The notes under the pieces were generated by a model. That model was not told the origin of the DNA. It searched no databases and saw nothing but the letters and a program-made list of their open reading frames with translations. DNA of 64,000 bases. It comes from Oikopleura dioica. Taxonomy: Eukaryota; Animalia; Chordata. The stretch covers positions 3,100,001 to 3,164,000 of the forward strand of contig OU015569.1 of NCBI GenBank assembly GCA_907165135.1. Reading direction: 5' to 3'. Each line of letters opens with the position of its first letter. Within the stretch, counting starts at the first letter, position 1. A program made the translations under genes and the position numbers. Positions 25,589-39,506 of this stretch are shown here, in pieces.

Positions 25589-26082
25589 TATTCTCTTGTA
25601 TCAGCTACTGTTTGCCTGATGGAAATATATCAAAAAGTGACGAATGTGTTGTTTGACTTTTCCCACGAATAGTAATTTTGCTCACAATGACTCGTGCGCG
25701 CAAAAAAGATAAAAACGAACGTACGTATGTTTTTCTTGTTCTGAAAATTTTTTCAGTAAAACGGAAGTGGTGACTAAAAATGAATAGCGCTGCTCTTTAT
25801 GCAATCGACGATGTCGCCCTTCCAAAAAAAAACACCGACAAGTAAGTTGTTTTCTCAGGTGAAACACTGTCAGAATTTAGGGCAGCGTTGATTTATGATC
25901 GCAATCGCAAAACCAGCCGAGCACGAAACTATCCCTATTTGGGAACCCTCAAGAAGTGTATTCTCAGCAAACATTCGCTAGACACGGTGCATGCACAAAT
26001 CGTGAGATAATCTTATTTATTTCCTTCCACCAGGGAAAATGTAGTTACTCTTTGTACAACAAAGGTGTTTGAAAGCACATCT

Positions 26083-27224
26083 TCATATTCTTCTGGACCT
26101 GCCATAGATGCACTTGTCGATTTCTTGACTAACAGCCTCTTCGTGCAGCCCCGAGAAGGCGTTGATGCAGCGGCCGTCTTGGAAGATCCTGAACGTCGGA
26201 GTGCCGCGCACGTCCTCATCCCACAAGATCCTTCCGAGTCCCTTATTGAGTTGAGTTACGAGCACGTTCTAAAGTTCAACCCTTTCCTACCCTCTCGTCA
26301 CAGTCGATTAACACCATGTCAAGCTTGTCATAGTAGCGCGTGTTGAGTTGCTCGAGCTCGGGGAGAATCCGCTGACTGATCAAAGCAGATCCAAAAGATC
26401 AATTCAAAGATACGGTTCATAAAGCGCTAATGACGCCCTAAATCAACCTTGATTACTTACTCAAGTTGATTTAGTACGTTAATCTTTTTGGACCTGTAAC
26501 AGAACAGACACTGTTTTGAGAAAAAAACTGCCACGGAAAGTCGACCCATTTGGACCATTTCGGTAAACTCGTCTTCGGTTTTTATTCTTCGGATCTTTTT
26601 CGTGGCGATTTCGCCTCCGTTGACCGTGGGTTTGTACTGTTATTTGCTCTATAAAATGGAAAATCAGGGATTTTACCGCTTGCTTTGAGCAATGTCCTGT
26701 TGAACGAAATGTCGGAGTCTTGTCTCGTTTGTTCCGATGATTGAAACAAGCTAAAAAGTAAAATTTACCTGGAAAGTTCTTTTATACTTTTTTCTTACTT
26801 CTAGTCCGCTTTGGTAAAAAGAAACAGTTGGATAAGTTCGGACTTCTTCGTTCAACGCAACTTTTCTCAGCGCGTAATCGTCTGTGTCGACTCTTTTAGA
26901 ATATTATTTCGAGATTGAATCTTTGAAAAGTAAAAACCTGATGAAGCGCGCGTGACCGCGAAATTCAAGCGCGACGGATTTGAAGATGCTCTCGTAATAT
27001 CTGCACGGATTGAACATCGAATCCGTAAAGAAGCAAACTGTCAAACCGCCGCTTGTGATTCTCTCTCTGAAATGCTCTGCATTTTCGATGTTTTCAACGG
27101 CCGAGACGGGCTTCTGGAAGCTCTCCGCGCTGGGAAATTGATTGAGGGACAAGGACGCCTTGGCATTAGCCTTCTCGAAGCGTGCGAGGTAAGATGGGTT
27201 TATGTACGGCCCGCGTACTACCAT
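26083..27224 (-). CDS. Two-domain thioredoxin-like protein
   Basis: Domain 1 LTVCFFTDSMFNPC...EVRTYPTVSFYQSG; domain 2 LSVAVFFSKQCLFC...EDVRGTPTFRIFQDG (cis-Pro motif). Needs one GA-AG intron. Confidence 0.8.
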
Positions 27225-27674
27225 GCTAAAGCGAAAAATGATGTTTATGGGAGGATTTTCAAAAGAAAATTTCTCGTCATCGAGTTCTAAGTAAGTAAAT
27301 GCTCTTTCTCTCGGCGAATTTTCGACTTTCAAAAAGAGAAATGAATGAACTTTAAATAATTTCAACCACCCGCGAACACGAGCGCGTGTGACGCGGAAAC
27401 ACAGACACTGCTCGTTGTCGAATGCCAAGAACAGTATGAAATATGTGGAGCTCGTTACTCTATTACTGCATCTGTCAACTATCAGATCAGACCACCGTGA
27501 CAAGAGATCAACTCACGCTCAGTACTTTCTCAGGAATTTCAAAAGACTGAACTCACACTCGTTTGTCATTAATCATACGGTATGATTCATACCTTACTTG
27601 AATCTCAACGCAAGAATAACAAGACACATTTTTTAGTTTTAAATAGAGCGATTACAATAATCGCTGATTACGAT

Positions 27675-30600
27675 TTATTTTCTGACACAATAATCAGCAG
27701 GTGCTTCCAAAAGAACGGGAATTTCATTTATAACGGCGTGGCTGATTACTGTTGCTTGTATCAACTCGTCTCCATGAAAATCGAGTCGTTCAATAGAATG
27801 TGGACTTTCGTAGCCAGAAACGATGAAGATTGAATTGTTAATCATTATTACAGATCCTGAATCATTCGCCTAAATTTTAATTAGCCTTATAATCAGCTAA
27901 TTTTTGAAACTCACGTTTTCAAGATTGCCAATCTGAGTCCACAGGTCATTTTTAAGAAGCCAGATTGCAGTTTGTGGAACATCATCTTTATCTAGTCCCC
28001 CAGCAAGCAAAAGGCTTCCACTTGGAAGGCCGATCAAAAAGTGATGGGCGATTTCACTGAGAAAAAAAAAATTCAAAAAAGAACAAAAATGTTTAATTAC
28101 CTTGGAAAATCGCCTAAAAACGACCAGCCAGAAGAACTGAGTGTCTCAACTTTATTCTGCCCTTCCCAGGAGTAACTTCCAACTGTCGTTGGTTGTCCTT
28201 TGTACAGCCCTAGCTTTCCACCGTCATGTTGAAAATTGGCTTCATGCGCCGAGACTGTTGATGTTCCATCGAAAAGTTCACATTTTTTATTCGACTTCAT
28301 GTCAAAACAAATCAATGCTTCTTCGCCACCGGCCGTCGAAAGTGCTGCAGACCAAGGGTAAATTTCATTGATCAACCTTGTGGGTTCTTCTTTCCATTCA
28401 CAATTTTCTAATTTGGCGATCTGAACATTAAAAATTAGTTTCATAGAAGATTGAATAAAATAACCTTCGATACGTCCGGCCATCCACCAAAAATAAAAAC
28501 TACTCCGTTGACAAGAGCATGAGTAGGTGTAATGGTAGAAAAATCGACCCCGTGATCGCCTTTTCTAAACTTCTTTTTTGATGCAGAATAAGAATCGTTA
28601 GGTCGCGGCGATCATTTCGATACCAAATCCATGAAAATCCGACTTGGTTTTCGGCATAAAGGTACCATTTGAAGTCCAAAAATGAGCACTAGAAATCTTC
28701 TACCGCCCGGAAAGGGATGAATACTCCAGCCTATCAGTACATGCCTAGTTCCAGATTGTAGAGCATATTCAATTCTATCAGAATCTATTCTCAGATGTTG
28801 TGAACAGAGGCTCTTGTGAGAACCATCGCCCGAAGAAGCTCGAAAAACGATGCAAAATTGAGGCGAAATCGTTAGTCTGAGTTCACGGGAGCCAAATTTG
28901 GCTTTGATTTTGCCCAATTTTTTGACCTTCTTCGGGCGCTGGTTCTCACTAGAGCCCCTGTTCACAACTTCTGATGACAGATTCTGGTAGAATGGAGCCT
29001 GCTCTACAATCTTGAATTAGGAACGTACTGATAAGCTGGAGTATTCATCCCTTTCCGGGCGCTAGAAAATTTCTAGTGCTCTTTTTTGGACTTCAAATGG
29101 TACTTCTATGCCGAAAACCAAGTTTTTGATGAATTTGGTATCAAAATGATCGTCACGACCCAGAGATTCTTATTCTGCATCAAAAAAGATGTTTAGAAGA
29201 GGTGATCGTGGGGTTGATTTTTCTATCATTACACCTAAGCATGAGGAGCAAATTGAACATAGTCGTCTGATGGTGCACTGATTACTGATGCTGCTTTGGT
29301 TGCTCCGTCAAATGAAATTGAGAATGCTTCGCTCAATTTTTCGCCCATTATCAAAATCACTAAATAAAATGGTTGAATATCGTTAATTTTGAATTGCAAT
29401 CTACCTCTTTCTTCTGAAGCTTCCTCTTGGGCACGGACGGACAAGTTGGGTTCGGTGACCGGTCGGACTCCGGTCCAAGGTCTGCGCCGCTCCGATCCAT
29501 CGCATGGAACGCTTTGTGTTTCGGAATTCGTTGAACATTCTTCGTGTCGAGTTCTTGATTTGAAACCGTCAATGCATTCACTCCAGGAGGACCTAAAAGA
29601 TTAGATATTCGCAATAAAAAGATCATAATTTGCTTACCATACTCCAATCTCACTAATAAAAGCAAGGGTCACAAAGTTGTTGCACTCTTCTTCCTCAACG
29701 TCTTCTTCGTCGCAGTTAGTTCTTCGCCTGTACTTCTTGGCATTACCGCAGCTGCTACTACAAGGAGTCCATTCCGACCAGTCAGTGAAGATGCCGTTAT
29801 TGCCGACGTTACAAGATTCGCGTTCACTGTTGCTTCCAAAAAGATTCAAGCACTCATCTGGAGATCCCTCGCACTGGCGGAATCGTTCGCGGAATCCGAT
29901 GCCACAAGAGGTAGAACAAGATCCCCAATCGGTCCATTGCGACCAATACGCGATGCAATAAGGTGCTATGCAAGGTCTTTGTTGCTTGTCTACGCGGTGA
30001 GTACAGATTTCAGAGCGTTGGCGGGATGATAGAACTGGCTCATCATTTTGATTATAGCAGCTGAAATAATTCTTTAAAATCTTACTTCAAACGATAATTT
30101 ACCTTGGGCAGGCGGACCAGTGGGACCATGACGAGTAATTTATAGGATTTATGCAGCTATCAGTCTCGATGTCAACGTGTCCGCCGCAGATTCGTCTCCG
30201 TTCTCGACTTCTTGAACCGTAGCCACAAGATGCCGAGCATTCCGACCAAGCGGTCCAATAAGTGTATCCAGGATCGATTGCTGTGCAGCGAGAGAATTCA
30301 TATGGTAAACCAGGGCAAGAATGGCCATACTGACAATCGCGCCGTCGAGATCGGTTTCCCTGGCCGCAGCTTGCATCACAGGCTGACCAGGTTGACCAGG
30401 TTGTCCATTCAGGACAGCTCCCAAAATTGCAACTCTTAATTTTCAAAGTAGGTTTAAAGATGAGAAACCCTTTTTACTTGCTCGTAGATGCTTTCGCCAA
30501 AACATTCATATTCGCGGTAATAGTCTTCTCCGATGCATTCTCGTTGTTTTTGGCGAAATCCAGGGCCACAGGTTGTTGAGCAAGGGCTCAACGGAGACCA

Positions 30601-30951
30601 TTCAGACCAGTAGCCGGGGCAACTAAAGATATTTTCATCTTCGGATTCTTTTAAATTTTGTTCTATTTGTCTGAAATAAGATCGGACTTACTTGCCCCAC
30701 CAGCCACAATTTGGCCGCGGAGGTAATATCGTCGGCTCATCAGGAACTACAAAAACAGCGGCAACCACGTCCAATTCGTCACTAGTATATCAATCAATTA
30801 CTCTCATTTTCCTGGAATTTACTTACGAATTACTATCATCATTTGAAAAATAGTCATCTCTTGGATAATATTCAATATAATCGACAGATTCAGGAACCCG
30901 AAAGCCCAGGCATTTCGTCAGAAAAAGAAGAGAAAAAATAAAAAAATACAT
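27675..30951 (-). CDS. Secreted thrombospondin type-1 repeat protein with C-terminal kelch-like propeller; interrupted by a MITE
   Basis: Signal peptide [17 protein letters not shown]; several WSxWSxCSxxCGxGxRxRxR repeats; VFIFGG, LLLAGG and IFIVSG kelch-like blades. Confidence 0.85.
28524..29237. mobile_element. 714-bp foldback MITE (B), hAT-like, with 8-bp TSD
   Basis: Ends taggtgtaatggtagaaaaa / ttttttctatcattacaccta; inverted homology extends about 320 bp on each side; TSD agcatgag at 28516-28523 and 29238-29245. Confidence 0.92.
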
Positions 30952-31196
30952 TTTGCATTTATTTTAATGACGAGCTACAATAAAGCGTCCTTAGGAACAG
31001 GTGCGCTTCCGCGAAAATTTGCATCTTTTTGAAAACATATCCAAATAAGGACAGAAAGACTTTTTTTGATAAAAATCTTCAAGAACTTTAAGGGCTACGC
31101 AATGTATAACTCTTTAAAAAACAAGACAATGTTTTGTTGTTATGAAAAAGAGAGACTTTATTATGAAAATAATCGAAAATAAAAAGTTTCACAGCT

Positions 31197-31602
31197 TCAA
31201 TTTTCAGCATCTTCAGCACTTTCCTCCTCCTTTTCTTCTCCAGCTTCTTCTTCTTCTTCTTCCTGGTCAACTTCCATGTCGTCCCAGAAATTGAGCTCCA
31301 CAAGACTTTTTGCAATCGTCTCAAAGAGCTCCTCCTTGTTTTGGCGAAGGACGAAAATCAGAGTGATGTGGAAGTTGCACTTGCCACAGATCATCCAGTT
31401 CTTGACAGTGTCTGGGTCGACGTTGCCCATGATCGTGAATTCGCGCTTGCAGTGCTCACACGTAGCTTTAAAAATAACTTAGTTTGCCTTTCAATAAAGG
31501 GTTACCTCGGGTATAAGTATAATAAGGATAGTCCTGGACAAAGAGAAAGAGTTCACCGACAACCTCTTGTTTAACAGCTCCAGTAGAATCGCGGATAATC
31601 AT
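31197..31602 (-). CDS. Small zinc-ribbon-like protein with acidic tail
   Basis: CEHC...CGKC and a poly-Glu C-terminus; one GT-AG intron. Confidence 0.6.
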
Positions 31603-32041
31603 TATCGCAAAATTAATTTCTGAAAATATTGACCTGCTATTAATCAATCATTAATACTAAAATTGAACGGCTCAGAAAAAAGTAAAACACAAATCGCTGG
31701 AGAGAAAAGCGCAACTGATTGATCTTTTCCGACCAAGACAACAAAATGCCAGTTCATCTAGAGAATTTTCTCAATTTTGTTCGAAATTCGAAATCGCCTT
31801 CCCCTTGCACCATGGAAATCCTTCCCAATGAACTTAGATGAAGAATAAATTCTTCGTCGTAAATACGACAAATTCGACACTCAACTTGACCATATAACAT
31901 GTTGCTAATAAGCAATAAAACTCTAATTTCGCGAGGATGCCATAAAACCCTTAAATTTGGGAATTTTTATGGCTTTCTTATAAAACTAATTTCTATCGCG
32001 GAAAATTTTCTTTCGCAAAGAGAGTAGAAGAGAGATTGATC

Positions 32042-34147
32042 ATGTTCTTACTTCTATTTCCTTTACTGGAGATAGTCGGGGCATCGAGAAAATTGGCTGT
32101 CCATAAGACTTGGACTTCGGCAAAGTCTGGCAGTCAGTTCTTTGCTGAGATTGACGGTTATCCAGAGTACAAAAGAGGCGTCGTTAGCCCGAGATGCGAT
32201 GTTGATGTACTAGTCGCGGTAGAAACCGGCTGCTGCTTGCAAGAAGCCAAACTTAGACAGATTAAAAATGTTCTCAAAGAGTAAGAATGTGGTATCTTCT
32301 TTCGTTTTTATCGTATTTTTAGCTTCGCGACAAGTTTACACGAATCAATCGACGGAGAAGATCATGGGCTTAGACTTTCAATGATCAGCTTCGGAGACCA
32401 CACGAAATCACACCTTTCTTTCAACGACTCCTCAGAGCGAGCTTTCAAAGCGGCCGTAGACGAGCTGGACCTCTTCGGCGAACCGGTGCAGTTCAACCAA
32501 CTATTCAATGATCTTCCAAATCACACGAAAAACTACAGACAAAGTGCTCGAAAAACAATTGTTCTCTTTACAGATGGAAACGGAGTCGACGCTCCTAACT
32601 TTGAAATTCTCGAAGGTAATCTTCCTTGTTCTCAAAATTCATTTTCATCGGTAAATTAAGATCATGAACGCGAAGTCGACTTTGACCTCCTCGGCGTCAC
32701 ATTCTCGAAAATGTGCGATGGAGAGCGAACGCTTCCGAAGAACCTCGATCGTCATTGTCCGAATAGAGAGTTTTTCGAAAACATCGGCACTTTTTATGAA
32801 CTCACTGGACACGAAGTGGCGATGCAACTTCGAGAGCAACTTTGCGCTCCGGTAATTGTGACGGATATGAAAATTGACACTGGTTTTCCAATTCAATTTC
32901 ACGAAATTGCGCAAGAGGGATTGCCTGGTCTCGATGGTCCACCTGGTAAAGATGGAAAAGACGGTCGGCCAGGGCGTCAAGGACAGCCCGGCAAAGACGG
33001 GAGAGATGGTCTTCCTGGGCCAATGGGATTTCCTGGTAAACAAGGCGACAGAGGAAATCCTGGTAAGCATGGTGCTCGTGGCGCTACTGGAGAACAAGGG
33101 CCCAGAGGAAAGGTTGGCGAACGAGGACCGCCAGGACAAGCGGGAAATTCTGGGACTGACAAAGTTGGACCCAGAGGTGAAGAAGGACCAGAAGGACCCC
33201 CTGGTACGCCGGGAGAAAGGGGCTTCCGCGGAAATCCAGGCAAAGACGGAAAAGCAGGCGAGCCAGGCGAAGATGGAAAAACTGGTCCTTCTGGAAAACA
33301 AGGACCTCAGGGACCCGTCGGAGACGCTGGCGAAGATGGTGAGCCAGGATTTTGCCCAGAAGGTATTTCCCTTCAGCATGGAGCGCCCGGAGCTCCAGGT
33401 ATTCCAGGGCAAAGAGGAATCGATGGCTTCGACGGTCAAGATGGCACAGATGGAGAGAACGGCGAAGCTGGTGCAGAAGGTCCTCGAGGCTCCCCAGGTG
33501 CGCCTGGCCCAGTGGGTCTTGATGGCGAAGCAGGCAAAGATGGTGAACCTGGTCATGATGGTCTTGATGGAGCTCGTGGGAAAGAAGGACCCTCTGGTGG
33601 AGAAGGCGAAGTTGGACCTGTTGGTCGACCCGGACCAGTTGGTCTTCCAGGTTTGGGATAAAATTAGACAGCAGTTTTCAAGTCTTTTTAGGCGATGCAG
33701 GAGCAGTTGGCGACGAAGGATCCCCTGGACAAGCTGGTCTACAAGGCGAACAAGGACACTCCGGAGAAGACGGTCAAAGAGGTGTCCCCGGAAAATGCGG
33801 ATTGCATGGATCACCTGGGATCAAGGGGCCGCCTGGTAGGCAGGGATCCGACGGCGAAATAGGAGCTCAGGGTGCACAGGGTTGCCCGGGACCACGAGGA
33901 CCCATCGGAAATCCCGGAAATCCAGGTGTCATTAATCACGAAGAAGTTCAAGTTTTAGGCAAGGGATAAACTCAAAAACTGAAAAACAAATCGATGAAAG
34001 ATCAGTTTAAAAAATCCCTTTCAAGTCTTCCAAGCGATTCTGGAGATTTTCAAAGAATGCGATAATCCACCCCCAACTACTGAAGACGTTAAAAACGACG
34101 ATATCTTTCCGGCCGTTGCTCGCGGAGACATCGTTGAACTTGTTTAA
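32042..34147 (+). CDS. Secreted vWA-domain short-chain collagen
   Basis: Signal peptide; vWA-like DVLVAVETG...ISFG...TIVLFTDG; about 300 aa of Gly-X-Y (about 32910-33925); short C-terminal tail. Confidence 0.9.
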
Positions 34148-35802
34148 ACAAATCATTAAATAGAATCGAGCTTTTTTCTTCTTTATTCGACGAAATGCAC
34201 AATTTGTTTGACTACTGCAATAAAAAATGGAAAGCAACCACTTCGACTTGGGGAAATTTCCGAATTGTCAATTATGATTGTGGTTCACCAAAAGCCAAAC
34301 GCTCGCCGAAAATTTGGGGATTGGAACACGTTAAGACAAACACGTTTGTAAATAGCTGACTCCGCAAATCACCATAAGCCGCTGCGGCGCCTTTTACGAA
34401 AGCCCTTCGCCAAAAGACCAAAAAACGTGATAAACATGAGTTTAAGTAATCCCAAAGATTAAGTTTTTTTGTTATACTATCAGCGGCGGCTTTTTTAAGA
34501 AGATTTATTTTTGGAAGTCGAAAAACAGATGTTTTCTCCAAAAAAGATGGAAACTTTTAAAAGACAATTTTGAAGAATAAAATACTTTGGGTATCTTTTA
34601 TCCTGGAAAAAATCTTCTTACTCTTTTTTGTAAAAAAATAGGTTACCCAATAACTGTGTTGTCTAAGGAGCATCTACGTGAAAAGAGATCAGATCTGGTA
34701 TTTTTGCTGGCTTAACGCCTGCCAGAATTGGTGGATGGTGGTGACTTGGCATTCTTAATTCACCGGATCAAAATTACAAATCGCCGCTATGATGATAACT
34801 GCCGTTTAGGAACCCCTCAAGACGTGTCCAGCTACTTTTGACAGCTGCTAATCAAGCACGCAAGTCACTTATATCCGCGTACAAGTCCCGTAATTTCTCG
34901 CCCAGACGGTTTATTCATTAGAAAATCAAACGAAAAATTGTTAATTAAAAACTTCTCTTATAAAATCATCAACAATTTAAAATATAACTTTATTCCAATA
35001 ATAAGCTATCAATAATCAAGATCAAATCTTTTGCATAAAAAGCTGTGCGTGATCAGAGATAAAAGCCTATTATTAATAGGGAGCATCTGTTAGACAAGAT
35101 GCTGGCTAAACAGCTGTAGAATTTGGTTAAATTGAGGCTTTACTGGCTATTTTCTATGAGAATTCGAAAATGAAGCAAATATAAAAAGAATTTTTCTTTG
35201 TATGAATTGATTATTTATGCAGAGAAAGATACTTTTCCTGCAGACTAGATCATAATCAAGCAAACAAAGTTAAATATCAACACGCTAGGATAAGTTTTTC
35301 AATAGCTATTTGTACCCGAAGTTTCAAGAAGCTAAAACGAACATATGATATTCGGATTATGATATTCCGCATAGGAAAATAAATTCTTTCCTAGATTTGA
35401 TTTTAAGCAAATAAATAATTGAAGAATAAAATGATTTCTATTTCTTTAAATTATTAAAAGTAATTGAGGATATGAGGATGTTTTGATACATTCTCTGATT
35501 TATTTTTGAATCACTACTCTTGGTTATTTATTAGTATAGTTGTGGAAATTCGAGTTCATCGTTTGTTACTCAATAAGCTTAAATCGGTATAATCAGAACT
35601 CCTTTTTGTTTGATTATTTCATTATGAACGCTCAGGGGGCGCTCGCAACTCTCGGCGCGCGCTGTGCGAGATCGAGGCCAGGCGGCGACCTCGTCTGTTC
35701 TCCGTATTTTTTGCTTAGTGTTGGAAATAAAAAAATAGTAATTAAAAAGAATCAGAATCAAAAAGTGATACCAGTGGAAGAGAGTTGCGAAGCGCGAAGT
35801 GA

Positions 35803-38800
35803 ATGAAGAAGCTCAACTGGTTACTGTTGCCTGTTATCGTCACAGCGATAGAAGTAGAGTGTAAGTTTGACTTAGAAAGCCTTGACTCTAGAATAGAGAT
35901 CTTTTTCATCTGAAGATATTTTCACTTTTTGGAAGAAATAATATTTATTGCTCATCAACTTATAACTACTACAGATAGTTAGGTTAGGATAAAAATCATC
36001 GACTATATTGTCCCTAAATTGTCGGTAAAGCGGTAGAAAAATTCGCCTAAATTGTCGTTTAGAACTGCCCTTAAAATACCCAAATGTTGTTACAGTCATT
36101 CCCTTACTGAAAATGACAGTATTTATACACAGCCCTGAAACCAACTTTGTCTAAGAAAATTTCATAAAGATTTTCAACCGTCAGATTTTTTTTTCCTTTC
36201 TAAATTGCCCCTTCGAAATTAAATCAAAAGTGCCCTACCTGGTTCTTCTTATCACATTATTTTTTTTTTCTTACAAAAGAGCACCACACGTGGCACGTGA
36301 TGTAAATCAATACTAATTTTCAGAAACCTCTGAAATCTTATTACGCCCGTTTTTATGAAGATTAGAGGCATCAAGGTGTTTAATCCCTAAAGAAGGTGAT
36401 GAGGAGTCTAATTATAAGCACTCGTTATTTCTATTTTGAATCATGGAATTTTTTCAAACACTGAAAATTCAACAATCATTTTAGACAATCGTCGACATTA
36501 GCATCTTAGAACGTAAATTGCATTTTATAAGATGAGTTCCAAGTGCGCATTTGTCCGAAAGTCAACGCTGTCAATTTCTCAAATGGGTTAAATTTAATCA
36601 AACGTGGCTTTATTTTCATTTCATGAGTAAAGATATCCTTTTTTGGAGTCGTTTTTGACAGGCGCTCTTGAATGAAACTCTTCCTTGTTTTCCTTAATTT
36701 GACAACCCTTTCTATAGTGCTCGTTTTTTCGAAAAGGGAGGCGATAATTCTATAAGATACGGTGAAAAGGAACAACCAACGGTTGCAATTTAGAAAGCGG
36801 ATAATTATAGCAGATGTTAGAAATATTTACGCGCGTCGGCGGAATATTAGCGTTTCTTTCTTTGGGAAGCTTTACACAGTTGGCGATTTTTATAAACACT
36901 TGGGTAAAAATCAGAAGAGATTTTTTATTCTTTTCGCAGGGTCATGTGATCGGTCACTTGTGACTTGATTTTAGGGTAGACATTATGAATCGAGATTCTT
37001 CTCCCAAACATAACAAAGTGACTCCCTTATTTTTATATGAAAAGAAAGCGAAAGCCTTTATCAAGTTCCTCTGAAGGGCAAAATTTTTAATTGAGAAAAG
37101 TTTCTAGGCCCTTATCATCATTATCATTGAGCAGTCACACTAGAATAACAACTTAAGCCTACCCGTAATTCACTTACTGTAGTATTTCAATCAAGGAGCA
37201 TTCAATGGGAATCATTACGGAAGCCGCCCGCACGACCTTTTGTCGATATCGGCTTTTGCTTCTCTAATCCAGTGACTATAACGGATGGATTTGAACATTT
37301 TCCTTTCCCAAACCGATTTGACATTTCGAATAAGGCCTTCCTTCGCTTTCCTTAATTTTATAAATTTAGAAAAAAGTGTTTTTTGGAACTCCTTATTTCA
37401 GCTACTTGTAAATCAACTTGTTATTTCAGCATGCTACCAAGAAACGATTCAACTCCAGCCCTACGATTCGATGGAATTGACGACAAGGGGGTATCCGGGA
37501 GACCTAGAAGAAACTGTTTCGTGCTTGTATAAGTTTGTTGCACCTTTAGGAAAATGGTTCAATTTTGAAAAAATATGAATAAGGGCATATTTTAGTTATA
37601 AATGAAAAGTTAACAGATAGGGCTTAAAAATTCTATTGACAAAATTTATTAAGGGTATCACTATGCTAATTTTCTGAGAAAAATCTCTTTGAATAACCAC
37701 GAATCATCAAGTCTAGTCTTAATTTTTTAGATCCATTTCGATGTAGAGAATGCTTCTAATTTTATTCAAGAAAAAGAACCTTTGCACAGGATATCGGCCC
37801 GCAATTCAATTTATGGAATGGTCGATTCCTAACTGCGCGCTCTCCAAATTCAACGTCTACGATTCAAAGGGCCAAAACAGCTACAGTTCGTTCTGTGGTG
37901 TTGGAACTCCAGGCACTTGTTTGAGAATTATAGTGAAACAGAGAGCTTTCTTTGGAGGATAATTTTGAAAACAAGAAAAGCTCCGCTGACGGCGAAAGGG
38001 AGATTTTTAGACATCGACTTTTCCTTCCTCGGCCGGATCGGTTCTGCTTGGGGAGGCGGCACAGGAGTACGAGTCAGGATTCACGTGGCTCTTGTCAGAA
38101 GAGCGGGATGGAAGCCGGAGAGAAACTCTCAGCCTGAATTTAGATCTACAGCAGTGTAAGTAGAGGGAAAATGGATTTGACTGGTTTTACTTCGGAAATA
38201 CAACCAATATCGGCCGAAAAGTCCAATTTTTTATTAAAATATCTAAAAAACTATCTACAAACTGAAGAAAAACTTCTGAATTTTCCGTTATCAAATTGTC
38301 AATTTTGCCAGTAAAATGGGAATTCAACATAAGGAACCAAAATCTCAGTTTTGAAAGATTTCATTTTTCTCTCAGGAAAGCGACTTCTTACAAGCGGACT
38401 TCAACGCAAAACGACTGGAGCTGGACGAAAGAAGACAGTCTTCGATTGGCAGTTGTTGGCTCACTGGTGTTTTTGGTCATTCTCGGAGGATTGCTTTTCC
38501 ACTTCAATATGAAAAAAGAGGAACAAATGGTAGTAAATCGGATTTTAGCTGGAAATAACCGTGATTCTTTCAGGCAACGAACGGGGAAGGCCCGATGAAG
38601 GGGCACCCGCGGCCCACTGGATACCGTGCCTATCTGGAAAAGGTCAAGATCACGCCGAATGACCAAACGAGCTCGACTGATGCGGGCGAATCGACCGACA
38701 GAAGTTCTAACACCGAGAGCAGCCAAGTTAACGGATCTCTAACCTTTAAATTCCCAAATCCATCACGTTTTTCAATTATGTAAGAGCGCCCTAATCTGCC

Positions 38801-39506
38801 CTCCTTATTTCTGCATGAGAGGAGATTCACTCCAAACCACATCATCAAAAATGTCTTTTGGAAGCAAATTTTTGCTCTAATGAGAGGACAACTTTGAACT
38901 CTGTAGAAATCCATATAGCAGGTAGTGACAAGCAAATCATCAAAGAAAAGAAGTTCACCAGACGACCCCAGCGAAAACAACGAAGACCAAGGAAGGAGTC
39001 ATTTAGATCGCCAATGGAGCGCTTTCAGTTCGACATCTCCCAAGCCTTCCGAAGAAGTGGATACGACTTGGAAAGCCAAATCTCCAACTCTTCAGGTGGG
39101 AAACGCTTCAAGGAACTAGGCTTGATTCTGTCCTCTAGATTATTCGCAAGAAGAAACGACGCAAACTGGTCGAGATCCTTCGATGCCTTCAGCCGTACCT
39201 GAGAATCCAATGAACAGCAGCCACGGAGCGCCAGCCGGCCGCCAAACGCGTTACAAAGACGAGCATTACGAGCGTTGGAGTCACCGAAACAAACCTAAAC
39301 GCAGCGAAACAATGCGCGAGAAGGTAATTCTAGACGCGCGAAAAGCAGTCAACAGAGCGCAAAACAACAAGTTCAACTACTATTACGAACGCACTAATTC
39401 AATTAACTCAAACTTAAACAGCTACAAAAGCAACGCCATTTACATACCTACCTCCGTAGACTTAGGCTATCGTGCGCATTACGATAACCACTTCACTCAG
39501 AAGTAG
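35803..39506 (+). CDS. Single-pass CUB-domain membrane protein with long cytoplasmic tail
   Basis: Signal exon MKKLNWLLLPVIVTA; CUB C...GYPG...CLYKFVAP...C...FCG; TM LAVVGSLVFLVILGGLLF. Confidence 0.75.

Noticed and set aside
26065-26346. + strand 93-aa ORF
   Set aside because: Antisense shadow of the last thioredoxin exons.
32645-33839. Long antisense (389 aa) and alternative-frame (321 aa) ORFs over the collagen
   Set aside because: Expected shadow ORFs of Gly-X-Y codon periodicity.
36000-36140. Fifth MITE (cagggctg-like end, gccctaaa repeats)
   Set aside because: No matching second TIR or TSD found.
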